Assembly: GCA_046485045.1 (NCBI GenBank)
Contig: JAWOHT010000273.1
Coordinates: 648-64,647 of the forward strand
Length of the DNA stretch: 64,000 nucleotides
Direction of reading: 5' to 3'
Origin: Bacteroidales bacterium
GTDB taxonomy: Bacteria > Bacteroidota > Bacteroidia > Bacteroidales > UBA10428
Shown here in pieces: positions 37,270 through 46,755 of this stretch (the first letter of the stretch is position 1; the number at the start of each line of letters is the position of its first letter). A model generated the notes under the pieces. It was not told the DNA's origin, did not search any database, and saw nothing but the letters and a program-made list of their open reading frames with translations. The translations under genes were made by a program, and so were the position numbers.

Positions 37270-38244
37270 TTGAGAAAAATAGTTGTCATATTGCTCCTTA
37301 TGGCTGTAAACTTGCATCAACATGCACAGGACCAGCATTATTCTGGTTTTCTGCCAACCCTTGTTTACACTAATCCTTCGTGCATTTCTGCAGCAGACGG
37401 TATGCAGTTTGGTGCAACCTACAGAAACCAGTGGCCGGGGCTTAACAATGTTTTTTCAACCTACAGCGCAGCATTTATTATGCCTGTAGAAAACCTGAAT
37501 AGTTCGTTCGGACTGAGCCTGGTTCATGATAATCAGGGCCAGGGGAGTTTACTCAAATCTTCATTAAACGGAATATATGCCTATACGATAGGAGTATCTG
37601 ATAATATTGATGTATCTGCCGGTTTGGGATTATCGTACGTTTTCCGGAGTGTCAGCGGGAACAACCTGATATTTGAATCTGACCTCACCGGGGCTCCTGC
37701 AATCACCGAACCTCTAAATTATGATCATTTCAGGTCGGGCTATGGAGATTTTTCACTGGGTTTTTCGGTTTATTTTAAAGATATTTTCTTTTCAGGTGTT
37801 TCAGTGAACCACATCACCAGGCCTGACGAACACCAGGGAGCATCGGGATTAAATTCACTTGCAAGAAGATACTCGTTGTATGCCGGAGGCATGGTTAATA
37901 TGTCCCCGGGCAGGAATAGCCGGGATATATTTTTACTACCGGGTATAATTGTGCAACAGCAGCAACATTACCTTGAACTCTATTACGGAGCAAATTGCAG
38001 GATAGATCCAATTATTTTCGGGCTCTGGGCTCGTCAGGATTTAAATTTTCATTTTGATGCTATTGTCCTGAATACAGGATTTACATGGCAGCAATACAAT
38101 ATATATTACAGTTACGACGTTAATGTTCAAAGCATGAAATTTTTTTCTGCAGGAATGGGCGCACACGAAGTAACATTTTTAATCAATTTTCAGTATAATG
38201 TGAAAAGAAATAAAAGAGGAGCAATAAAATGCCCGAAGATTTAG
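37270..38244 (+). CDS. PorP/SprF-family type IX secretion membrane protein
   Basis: Signal peptide followed by the family N-terminal pattern (Q..HYS.F......NPS..., YRNQW.G) and a beta-barrel-like remainder. Only the TTG start at 37270 yields a signal peptide. Confidence 0.8.
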   Translation: MRKIVVILLLMAVNLHQHAQDQHYSGFLPTLVYTNPSCISAADGMQFGATYRNQWPGLNNVFSTYSAAFIMPVENLNSSFGLSLVHDNQGQGSLLKSSLNGIYAYTIGVSDNIDVSAGLGLSYVFRSVSGNNLIFESDLTGAPAITEPLNYDHFRSGYGDFSLGFSVYFKDIFFSGVSVNHITRPDEHQGASGLNSLARRYSLYAGGMVNMSPGRNSRDIFLLPGIIVQQQQHYLELYYGANCRIDPIIFGLWARQDLNFHFDAIVLNTGFTWQQYNIYYSYDVNVQSMKFFSAGMGAHEVTFLINFQYNVKRNKRGAIKCPKI

Positions 38245-38285
38245 TTATTTTTGGGGAATTGTTGTAAATTAGATATTAAAATTAT

Positions 38286-38293
38286 TATATTTG
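38286..38293 (+). promoter_or_regulatory. candidate -7 box (TATATTTG) for gldJ, with TTG at the -33 position
   Basis: Perfect TAnnTTTG match 22 nt upstream of the ATG at 38315. TTGTTG lies 21 nt upstream of the box. The ORF-track TTG start (38291) falls inside the box. Confidence 0.4.
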
Positions 38294-38314
38294 AATAATA
38301 AAAACCGTAATACC

Positions 38315-39811
38315 ATGAACATCAAGTATTCTGCTTTTGTGAAGTGTATAATATTGATTTTAATAATTTCAGCCTGTGGCGGAGGCGGAGCACGGAAAGT
38401 ATCCACCACTACCGGTTGGAACTACAATGACCGTGAGTCTGGAGGTTTTGAAGTAAAATTCGGCTATGATCAGGAAACCGGTCCCGGGCTTGTTTTTATT
38501 GAAGGTGGTACGTTTTCGATGGGCCGGGTTGAACAAGACCTGCTTTACCAGTGGAACAACGTTCCCAGAAGAGTAACTGTTACATCGTTCTATATGGACC
38601 AGACCGAAGTAAGAAATGTTGATTACAGGGAATATCTATGGTGGATACAAAGGGTATTTGTTGATTATCCTGAAGTATATAAAAAGGCTGTGCCGGATAC
38701 CCTTGTCTGGAGAAGGCCAATGGCTTACAACGAGCCTTATGTGCTCTACTATTTCAGGCACCCTGCATATAACGATTATCCTGTTGTTGGTGTTAACTGG
38801 TTGCAAGCCAGTGATTATTGCGCCTGGAGAACCGACAGGGTGAACGAAGGTATTTTGATACGTGAAGGCATCCTTAATCCAGACCCAAATCAGCTTGGCG
38901 AAGAGAATTTCAATACCGACGCATATCTTGCCGGTCAATATTTAGGTTTGGTTAACAAAAACCTGCCGTCACTTGATCCGAATAAAGAATTCAGAAGCGT
39001 GCAGCTTGAAGACGGAATGCTACTGCCAAAATACAGGCTCCCTACCGAAGCAGAATGGGAGTTTTCAGCACTCTCTTTATTAGGCAATTCTTATGAAGAA
39101 AGAATATATGAAAGAAGGATTTATCCGTGGGATGGCCACAATGTAAGAAACGATGCCAAGAAATACAGGGGCCAGATAAGGGCAAACTTTGTTCGTGGAA
39201 AGGGTGACTATATGGGTGTGGCAGGCGACCTGAACGATAATGCACCAATACCCTCGCCGGTTGAATCATACTGGCCGAACGATTATGGGCTGTATTGTAT
39301 GGCCGGCAATGTAAATGAATGGGTAGAAGATGTCTACAGGCCTTTGACATTTGAAGATTTTGACGAATTGAACCCGTTCCGTGGCAATGTTTTCATGACA
39401 CATGAGACCGACGAAGAGGGAAATCTTGCCGAAAAAGACAGTCTTGGACGTCTGAAATACCGCCCTGTTACCGAAGAAGAGGCGATTAACAGGTGGAACT
39501 ACAAAAAGTCGTACTATAAAAACTATAAAGATGGTGATTATGAATCGAGTGTGATAGACGGTGAAAACTGGTCTATGGATTCAAAAGCACAAACCAACGA
39601 TTCAAGAAGAATGTATGTACGTGATATCGAAGGCCAGGAAGCTGCTTCTTTGATTACCGACAGATCAAGGGTTTACAAAGGTGGCTCATGGCGAGACAGG
39701 GCATATTGGCTAAGCCCCGGTACCAGAAGATTTCTTGACGAAAGCCAGTCACGCGACGATCTTGGTTTCCGCTGCGCAATGACCAGGGTTGGTACACCGG
39801 CTGGTTTCTAA
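38315..39811 (+). CDS. gldJ: gliding motility lipoprotein GldJ (FGE/sulfatase-modifying-factor-like fold)
   Basis: Lipobox LIISAC. FGE-like motifs are FYMDQTEV, VGVNW..A..YC.WR, LPTEAEWE, GNVNEWV, GGSW and GFRC. The porU/porV-gldJ-murF neighbourhood matches what I recall from Flavobacterium. Confidence 0.88.
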   Translation: MNIKYSAFVKCIILILIISACGGGGARKVSTTTGWNYNDRESGGFEVKFGYDQETGPGLVFIEGGTFSMGRVEQDLLYQWNNVPRRVTVTSFYMDQTEVRNVDYREYLWWIQRVFVDYPEVYKKAVPDTLVWRRPMAYNEPYVLYYFRHPAYNDYPVVGVNWLQASDYCAWRTDRVNEGILIREGILNPDPNQLGEENFNTDAYLAGQYLGLVNKNLPSLDPNKEFRSVQLEDGMLLPKYRLPTEAEWEFSALSLLGNSYEERIYERRIYPWDGHNVRNDAKKYRGQIRANFVRGKGDYMGVAGDLNDNAPIPSPVESYWPNDYGLYCMAGNVNEWVEDVYRPLTFEDFDELNPFRGNVFMTHETDEEGNLAEKDSLGRLKYRPVTEEEAINRWNYKKSYYKNYKDGDYESSVIDGENWSMDSKAQTNDSRRMYVRDIEGQEAASLITDRSRVYKGGSWRDRAYWLSPGTRRFLDESQSRDDLGFRCAMTRVGTPAGF

Positions 39812-39833
39812 AAAATATTCTTTTATCATAAAA

Positions 39834-39862
39834 AACCTCATTAGTAATAATGAGGTTTTTTT
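39834..39862 (+). terminator. rho-independent terminator after gldJ
   Basis: AACCTCATTA-gtaa-TAATGAGGTT forms a 10-bp stem and is followed by T7. It overlaps the ORF-track extension of murF. Confidence 0.8.
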
Positions 39863-39879
39863 ATATCAATTTTGTGCCT

Positions 39880-41169
39880 ATGACAACGATTGAGGAATTA
39901 TACAAAGTATTCTGTTCTCATCCGGTAATTACAACAGATTCGCGGAATATTCCCAACGATTCTGTATTTTTTGCAATCAGGGGGCCTCATTTCGATGGGA
40001 ATGATTATGCAGTGGAAGCACTTGAAAAAGGAGCTGCCTATGCTATTGTTGACAAACAGTTAAATATACATTCGCAACGGCTGATAAGGGTTAAGGATAC
40101 ATTAATTGCTTTGCAGCAATTGGCCAATCATCACCGTAAGATTCTTGGAACGAACATTTTGGCCTTGACAGGTTCGAATGGAAAAACCACAACCAAAGAA
40201 CTTTGCAAATCGGTATTGAGAAAAAAATACAATGCTTATGCCACATCCGGTAACCTTAATAACCATATCGGGGTTCCTTTGTCATTGTTATCACTTACAG
40301 AAGATACCGGTATTGGCATTATAGAAATGGGAGCCAATCATTCAGGAGAGATAGCCGCACTTTGCCAAATTGCCTTGCCCGATTATGGCCTGATAACCAA
40401 TATCGGTAAAGCCCACCTCGAAGGTTTTGGCGGTATCGAAGGGGTTGCAGCAGCCAAAGGCGAATTATTTGCCCATCTTGTTCGAAACAGCAAAACAATA
40501 TTTGTGAACACAGGCAATGAATATGTAAGTTCTGTGGCACCGGAAAATTACAAAAACAGAGTGGATTATAACAATGATAATGTGTATGGTGAGTTAATTG
40601 CCAACGATCCGTATTTAAAGCTTAAGATGAGGATATTCAACGAAGAGATAGTCGTAAATACTAATCTTGTAGGAAAATATAACATCGAAAATGTGGTTGC
40701 AGCAGCAGTGGTCGGTCATTTTTTCAATATCCCCGTGAATGCTATAAAAGAAGCGATTGAGTCCTATATCCCTGAAAACTTCAGGTCTCAGTTTATAGAT
40801 ACGGGAAGGAATAAAGTTATTATGGATGCATACAATGCCAATCCTTCGAGCATGAAAACAGCAGTAGAGAATTTCTTTGAGTTGAAAGCAGATAACAAGA
40901 TGCTGATTTTGGGCGAGATGCTTGAATTGGGTAGTTCTTCTGAAGACGAGCATAAGAAAATAGTAACCCTCCTTCGGGGTGAAAAAACAGGTGAGGTAAT
41001 TCTGGTCGGAGATGGCTTTTCCCAACTCATTACCGATAAGCGATTCAGGTTCTATTCCTCCGCAGATGAACTTCTTAAAAACATTAATCTCAGTGAAATA
41101 CATGCTAAATATATACTCATAAAAGGTTCAAGGGGCAACAGGCTCGAAAAACTTTTACCTTTGCTCTGA
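39880..41169 (+). CDS. murF: UDP-N-acetylmuramoyl-tripeptide--D-alanyl-D-alanine ligase
   Basis: Mur ligase P-loop LTGSNGKTTTKE and a DAYNANPSSM motif. I moved the start to the ATG at 39880, downstream of the terminator. Confidence 0.9.
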   Translation: MTTIEELYKVFCSHPVITTDSRNIPNDSVFFAIRGPHFDGNDYAVEALEKGAAYAIVDKQLNIHSQRLIRVKDTLIALQQLANHHRKILGTNILALTGSNGKTTTKELCKSVLRKKYNAYATSGNLNNHIGVPLSLLSLTEDTGIGIIEMGANHSGEIAALCQIALPDYGLITNIGKAHLEGFGGIEGVAAAKGELFAHLVRNSKTIFVNTGNEYVSSVAPENYKNRVDYNNDNVYGELIANDPYLKLKMRIFNEEIVVNTNLVGKYNIENVVAAAVVGHFFNIPVNAIKEAIESYIPENFRSQFIDTGRNKVIMDAYNANPSSMKTAVENFFELKADNKMLILGEMLELGSSSEDEHKKIVTLLRGEKTGEVILVGDGFSQLITDKRFRFYSSADELLKNINLSEIHAKYILIKGSRGNRLEKLLPLL

Positions 41170-41188
41170 TCATTGTTAACTAATAGAT

Positions 41189-43144
41189 ATGCAGATGAAA
41201 AAGCAGGTTGCAGGAATAATTATCATTCTGTCAGTTATTTTAGCAGTTGATGTTTTTGGTACAGTAAGGTTGCCCCGCCTGATCAGCAGCGGCATGGTAT
41301 TGCAACGCGATGCCGACATAAAAATATGGGGATGGGCAGACAAGTCGGAAGAAGTTATCGTGAAATTTATTGATTCGACATACCAAACCGTTGCAGACGA
41401 AAATGGTGAATGGCAGATTATACTACCGCGGTTAAAAGCCGGAGGCCCTTATTCGATGAAGATTAAGGCAAGTAACAACATTGCTGTTGAGAATATTTTA
41501 ATTGGTGATGTATGGGTTTGTTCGGGGCAGTCGAACATGGAACTTCCCATACGCCGTGTGAGCTGGGTATACGAAAAAGAGATTTCCGAAGGAGCAAATG
41601 ATATGATCAGACAGTTTAATGTGCCTTCTGCATACAACTTTACCGGTACTCAAAGCGATCTTGCTGCCGGCAGCTGGAAACCTGCCAATGCTCAAAATAT
41701 TTACGATTTTTCAGCTGTCGCTTATTTTTTCGCTAAAAATCTGTACGACAAGTACAAAGTGCCCATCGGGCTCATTAAAACGACGTTGGGTGGATCGCCT
41801 GCAGAAGCCTGGATAAGCGAAGAATGTTTGAAACAGTTTCCAGAACAATACAACGAACTTCAGAAGTTTAAAGACCAAGTTATTATTAAACAAATTGAGG
41901 ACAGCGACAGGTTAAGGATGCAGCAATGGTATTACGATGTTGGGAAAAAAGATGAAGGACATAAAGATGCTCATTGCAGATGGTACGAACCCCGCTTTGA
42001 TGATTCAGACTGGAAAATTATGCAGGTTCCGGGCTACCGGACAGATTCGATACAGGGCAAAACAAACGGAATTTTTTGGTACAGAAAGTCATTGATGATT
42101 CCTGAATCTATGGCCGGCAAAGAAGCCTTGCTCGTGCTGGGCAGGATAATTGATGCGGATTCGGTGTTTGTGAACGGGAAATTTGTGGGTACCACCAGTT
42201 ATCAATACCCGCCCCGCAGGTATACTGTTCCAAACGGACTGCTTAAACCGGGTAAAAACACGATAGTGGTTAAGATCATCAGTAACTTGGGCAAAGGTGG
42301 TTTTGTACCAGACAGACCATATGAAATAGTTTGTGGCAATGAAAAAATTGACCTTAAAGGTGATTGGCGCTGTAAAACGGGGGCGGTTGCACCACCCCTG
42401 GCACCTCAGACTTTTATAAGGTTTAAGCCGGGAGGACTGTTCAATGCCATGATAGCGCCCTTATTAAAGACCTCAATCAAAGGAGTGATATGGTACCAGG
42501 GTGAATCGAATGCAGAAAGGCCTGCTGAATACGAAAAATTATTTACCGCACTTATAAAAGACTGGCGAGAAGCATGGCAAACGGGTGATTTCCCTTTCTT
42601 ATATGTTCAGCTTCCCAATTTCATGGAGCCAAAAGACCAGCCATCAGAAAGTAACTGGGCGCTTTTAAGAGAAGCACAGTCAAAGGCCTTGTTGTTAAAA
42701 AATACCGCTATGGCAGTAACTATTGATGTTGGGGAATGGAACGATATTCATCCGCTAAGGAAAAAAGATGTTGGCGATCGTCTTGCACTTGTCGCCGGAA
42801 AAATTGGCTATGGAGATGAAGAAACTGTATTTTCAGGGCCTGTATTTAAATCGATGGATGTTAAAAATGAAAAGATAATCCTTAGCTTTGAAAATACAGG
42901 CAGCAGGTTGATAATTAGAAAAGGTGGTGAACTCAGGTATTTTGCAATTGCCGGGCCCGACAAGAAGTTTGTCTGGGCAAATGCAATTATAAAGAACAAC
43001 AGGGTTGAGGTATGGAATCGGGGCATTAAAAACCCTGTGGCGGTGAGGTATGCCTGGGCAGATAATCCCGAAGGGGCTAACCTGTACAATAAAGAAGGAT
43101 TACCTGCATCGCCCTTCAGAACAGATGATTGGTGCAAATATTAA
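41189..43144 (+). CDS. sialate O-acetylesterase-like SGNH hydrolase
   Basis: Signal peptide, a GDVWVCSGQSNME catalytic-Ser block, WYQGESN, and a central carbohydrate-binding-like insert. Confidence 0.8.
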   Translation: MQMKKQVAGIIIILSVILAVDVFGTVRLPRLISSGMVLQRDADIKIWGWADKSEEVIVKFIDSTYQTVADENGEWQIILPRLKAGGPYSMKIKASNNIAVENILIGDVWVCSGQSNMELPIRRVSWVYEKEISEGANDMIRQFNVPSAYNFTGTQSDLAAGSWKPANAQNIYDFSAVAYFFAKNLYDKYKVPIGLIKTTLGGSPAEAWISEECLKQFPEQYNELQKFKDQVIIKQIEDSDRLRMQQWYYDVGKKDEGHKDAHCRWYEPRFDDSDWKIMQVPGYRTDSIQGKTNGIFWYRKSLMIPESMAGKEALLVLGRIIDADSVFVNGKFVGTTSYQYPPRRYTVPNGLLKPGKNTIVVKIISNLGKGGFVPDRPYEIVCGNEKIDLKGDWRCKTGAVAPPLAPQTFIRFKPGGLFNAMIAPLLKTSIKGVIWYQGESNAERPAEYEKLFTALIKDWREAWQTGDFPFLYVQLPNFMEPKDQPSESNWALLREAQSKALLLKNTAMAVTIDVGEWNDIHPLRKKDVGDRLALVAGKIGYGDEETVFSGPVFKSMDVKNEKIILSFENTGSRLIIRKGGELRYFAIAGPDKKFVWANAIIKNNRVEVWNRGIKNPVAVRYAWADNPEGANLYNKEGLPASPFRTDDWCKY

Positions 43145-43260
43145 AGAATTTTTCTTATTGGCTGGGTTTTTATATGAAATTGTATATCTGCTGACATAAC
43201 GTTGTCAAAACATCGGCCTGAATTTGCAATAACATTTTTAAGTTTCAATCATTTATTTTT

Positions 43261-43389
43261 ATGTCTGCCAGTATATTCTCTGAAAAACTCATAATGCCCG
43301 ATGACGGTATGTTGTCTGCAAACCTTGGAAAGGCAAAAACCTGGTGCGATAACATTTGCTCATTTATTATAAATGATTATTTGGTATAA
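43261..43389 (+). pseudogene. 42-codon remnant resembling the N-terminus of a DUF3788-family protein
   Basis: MSASIFSEKLIMPDDGMLSANLGKAKTWCDNICSFIINDYLV* fits the pattern I recall for DUF3788 N-termini (SIF.EK...P.D..L...LGK...W..I..FI...Y). The ORF stops after 42 codons, whereas the family is about 130-140 aa. Confidence 0.3.
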
Positions 43390-43432
43390 TTATTGTGATT
43401 ATTCAATTCTTAAACACTTAATAAATTGTGCC

Positions 43433-44617
43433 ATGACCCGAAAAATATCATTAACCCTGTGCTTTTTGCTTTCACTTTTATTTAATTCTTATCCCCAGGC
43501 TACAATAATGGGTATTGCAAAAAAAAGTTTCCTGAGATATAGTCCGGGAGATTCGGTTAAATTATTTGGCATGAAGGTAAGCAACGGTGATACTTTTTAC
43601 TTTGTAAAACAGCAAAATATTTTTGCCCCGTTATCTGCCACAAGGGTTAAAATTGCAGAAAATAAATTAGGTTTCTGGGAAGGAAAAGGGTTCGAACATC
43701 AGGCGATTGAAATACATAAAAATGGCTGGAAACTTTCTGACAGGGGCAAACTCGAAAAACTTGCCGCAACATATATTGCAAACCTGAAAATCAATAATTT
43801 TTTGTATGAAGACTTGTATGTTGAATGTTATTTGCTGGATGTATTGAGAAAAATTTACCCCGAAGAACTCTACAAAGGCAGAAAGCTATATTTTACTGTA
43901 AAAATTCTTAATCACGAAGAGGAGATGCTGTATTGCTTAGAGAATGCAACCATTCTTATCTCTACACAAACCATTGCCAGCCTTAAGAACGAGAAGGAGC
44001 TGTTTGAAAAACTCTCGAAAGCTGTTGCCCACATCGTTTTTGATCATAATCTGGCATGCCGGAATTCACTGTTAGAAGACAAGCGTTATAGTCTCGGTAT
44101 GATATATGGCCCAGATTATATTCAAACGGCGACACTTGTTTCCAGGGATTTTATAAAATATTATGAAAACAAAAACAAAAAATCCACCTATATTGATGAT
44201 AGAGAGTTTCTTGAAAAAATTTCTTCAATTATCAGCTACACCGCATGGCAGGAGTATTATTCCCAACATTACCCGGTGTCGCTGAGCCTTGTAAATAAAT
44301 TGATTGAAAATGGCTTTGCGCTTGATGAAGACTACCTGCTGAAAGCAAAGAACCTGCGAATTACCGGAAAAGACATTAATTCAACTCTCGAGGCTGTTAC
44401 CTGTCTTGAAATTGCTGATTCTTTAAGCAATCATAAGCTTATTGATGTTTATCCCGAGAGAGGGGTAATGTACATTCGTGCCGGTATGTGGCAGGAAGCA
44501 ATGACTGCATTTGAAACTTACCGTGAAATGCTGAGGATGCTCACAGGAATGGAGGCGGAAATAAGATGGTGTGACCAGATGTTGCAGAGATGCGAAAGAA
44601 ACCTTGCTGTTAAATGA
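43433..44617 (+). CDS. hypothetical secreted protein with a TPR-like C-terminus
   Basis: The ATG at 43433 gives a signal peptide (ISLTLCFLLSLLFNSYPQA). No catalytic motif recognised. Confidence 0.55.
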   Translation: MTRKISLTLCFLLSLLFNSYPQATIMGIAKKSFLRYSPGDSVKLFGMKVSNGDTFYFVKQQNIFAPLSATRVKIAENKLGFWEGKGFEHQAIEIHKNGWKLSDRGKLEKLAATYIANLKINNFLYEDLYVECYLLDVLRKIYPEELYKGRKLYFTVKILNHEEEMLYCLENATILISTQTIASLKNEKELFEKLSKAVAHIVFDHNLACRNSLLEDKRYSLGMIYGPDYIQTATLVSRDFIKYYENKNKKSTYIDDREFLEKISSIISYTAWQEYYSQHYPVSLSLVNKLIENGFALDEDYLLKAKNLRITGKDINSTLEAVTCLEIADSLSNHKLIDVYPERGVMYIRAGMWQEAMTAFETYREMLRMLTGMEAEIRWCDQMLQRCERNLAVK

Positions 44618-44645
44618 ATTCTGATTTCTGGCCCTTTGTTAGGGA

Positions 44646-45218
44646 TTATTTGAAATAGTTCATCTTTATTATTTCTTCATAGACCTTCCCCGGTAAAAAA
44701 TACCTGATGTTTTTGCCCCCGGCAAGCGATTTACGGATGAAACTTGAAGAGATTTCAATAACCGGTGCGTTCACAATAGTGATGTTTTTGTGTTGTTTGA
44801 GGTCAATAAGCTCCGAGCCTTTTCTGGGATAAACATAACGGTGGTAATTTTCTTCTATCAGCCGGTAGTTTTTCCATTTGCTGAATGTGGACAGGTTATC
44901 TGAACCGATTATCAATACAAAATGGTGCCGGGGATACAGTTCTCTGAGGTAGGTTAAGGTATCAATGGTATAAGAAGGTTTGGGGAGCCTGAATTCAATA
45001 TCGGATATATCGAAGGTTTCTTCGTTTGCGATTGCCATCTTCAATAATTCATACCTTGCATAGTCGGGCAACAGCGATTCTTTTTTCTTTAAAGGGTTAT
45101 GAGGACTTATTACAAACCACAACCTGTCAATGTCGGTAAACTCAACCATGTAATTTGCAATGGCCAGGTGGCCGATATGCACCGGATTGAATGAGCCGAA
45201 AAACAACCCGGTTTTCAT
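44646..45218 (-). CDS. nadD: nicotinate-nucleotide adenylyltransferase
   Basis: GLFFGSFNPVHIGHL (HxGH) and an ISSSFIR motif. The start overlaps the gmk stop by 4 nt. Confidence 0.9.
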   Translation of the reverse strand: MKTGLFFGSFNPVHIGHLAIANYMVEFTDIDRLWFVISPHNPLKKKESLLPDYARYELLKMAIANEETFDISDIEFRLPKPSYTIDTLTYLRELYPRHHFVLIIGSDNLSTFSKWKNYRLIEENYHRYVYPRKGSELIDLKQHKNITIVNAPVIEISSSFIRKSLAGGKNIRYFLPGKVYEEIIKMNYFK

Positions 45219-45790
45219 TTCGGTTTATTTAAGAACTCCCTTACAAGAGTTTCTGCTTCAATAAGGGACTTATCAAGGAGGTCGTTCACCAGAATTTTGT
45301 CGAATTTATCGGCATATTTCATTTCAAATTTCGCCTTTGCCATTCTTCCCCTGATTTTGTCGGGTGTATCGAGGCCTCGTGAGATTAGTCTATTTTCAAG
45401 TTCTTCAAGCGAAGGGGGCATCACGAACACCGAAAGCGAATTACCCCCAAACTGCCTTTTAAGGTTCATCCCTCCCATTACATCCACATCAAAAACCACA
45501 TTTTTGCTTTTTAGCCATATTCGGTCAAGTTCGCTTTTCAATGTACCGTAATAGTGATTTTTATATACCTCTTCCCATTCTACAAACTCGTTGTTATCAA
45601 TCCGCATCCTGAACTCTTCGGCAGAAATAAAGTAATAATCCTTTCCATGCACTTCACCCTGGCGCATTTTTCTGGTACATGCTGAAACTGAAAACTCAAG
45701 CTTCAGGTCTTCGATCTTTACAAGATGGTTTACAATAGTGGTCTTGCCCGAGCCCGATGGTGCTGAGCAGATGACAGATTTGCCGTTCAT
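45215..45790 (-). CDS. gmk: guanylate kinase
   Basis: P-loop SAPSGSGKTT, plus a TRKMRQGEVHGKDYYF motif. Confidence 0.92.
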   Translation of the reverse strand: MNGKSVICSAPSGSGKTTIVNHLVKIEDLKLEFSVSACTRKMRQGEVHGKDYYFISAEEFRMRIDNNEFVEWEEVYKNHYYGTLKSELDRIWLKSKNVVFDVDVMGGMNLKRQFGGNSLSVFVMPPSLEELENRLISRGLDTPDKIRGRMAKAKFEMKYADKFDKILVNDLLDKSLIEAETLVREFLNKPK

Positions 45791-45792
45791 AA

Positions 45793-46668
45793 TTATAATA
45801 CGTTCATTAGTTGTTCTTTAATTTTTTCTAGTTCGTCTTTCATGAGAATTACAATTTTTTGTATCTCAAAATCGTTGGCTTTGGCCCCCAGTGTATTGAT
45901 CTCGCGGCCAATTTCCTGGCAGAGGAACCCAAGCTTTTTTCCGGCTTGTTCGTCTTCTGTTGCCACCTGCCTGAAATATCCGCAGTGATTTTTCAGGCGC
46001 ACCTTTTCTTCGGTAATATCAAGCTTTTCAAGATAATAAATAAGTTCCTGCTCGTACCTGTTTTTATCATACATGTCGGGCGTAAAGAACTCGTTGAGGT
46101 TGTTCCTCAACCGGTCTTTAATGTGTTCTATCCTGGCAGTCTCAAAATCACCGATTTGGAATTGTAAATGCTCAATAGCTTTTATTCTTTCCAAAATATC
46201 TGCTTTCAGCGATTTACCTTCCTGCTGTCGAAAATTATCGAGCATAGAGAGCGCTTCATTCAAACAAGAGGTCAATGCCTGCCACTCTGATTCACCTATT
46301 TCTTCCATACCGGTCTTTAATGCGTCTGGCAGCCTTAAAATGGTTTGAAGGAGCGGCTCGTTGTTTTCGATCTTCAGTTCATTTTGTATCTCAAGAACCT
46401 GCGCATAATATTGCTTAATAACAGGCAGGTTGATAGTTGCTGCCTGCTCTCCTTCAGAATTGTCAACGGTGATGGTACATTCAATTTTACCCCTTTTTGC
46501 CGAGTTTAGCACAACGTTCCTTATGTCTGACTCTTTTTCCCGGTAAAGGTTGGGCAGCCTTAAATATATGTCGGCCTGTTTACTGTTCAAAGATTTTACT
46601 TCGATGGAGATGCATTTTTTAGGAAGTTCAAATACCGCCTTACCATAACCGGTCATTGATTTTATCAT
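45793..46668 (-). CDS. YicC-family stress-induced protein
   Basis: The N-terminus MIKSMTGYG and the C-terminal FLCQEIGREINTLGAKA motif are YicC signatures. Confidence 0.88.
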   Translation of the reverse strand: MIKSMTGYGKAVFELPKKCISIEVKSLNSKQADIYLRLPNLYREKESDIRNVVLNSAKRGKIECTITVDNSEGEQAATINLPVIKQYYAQVLEIQNELKIENNEPLLQTILRLPDALKTGMEEIGESEWQALTSCLNEALSMLDNFRQQEGKSLKADILERIKAIEHLQFQIGDFETARIEHIKDRLRNNLNEFFTPDMYDKNRYEQELIYYLEKLDITEEKVRLKNHCGYFRQVATEDEQAGKKLGFLCQEIGREINTLGAKANDFEIQKIVILMKDELEKIKEQLMNVL

Positions 46669-46755
46669 TTCAATTTGGCTTTTCTTTTAATTGTTTGAAT
46701 ATACAAAATTACTGATTAATTTGAAATAACATTCCGAAGTAAAATCAGGATACTG

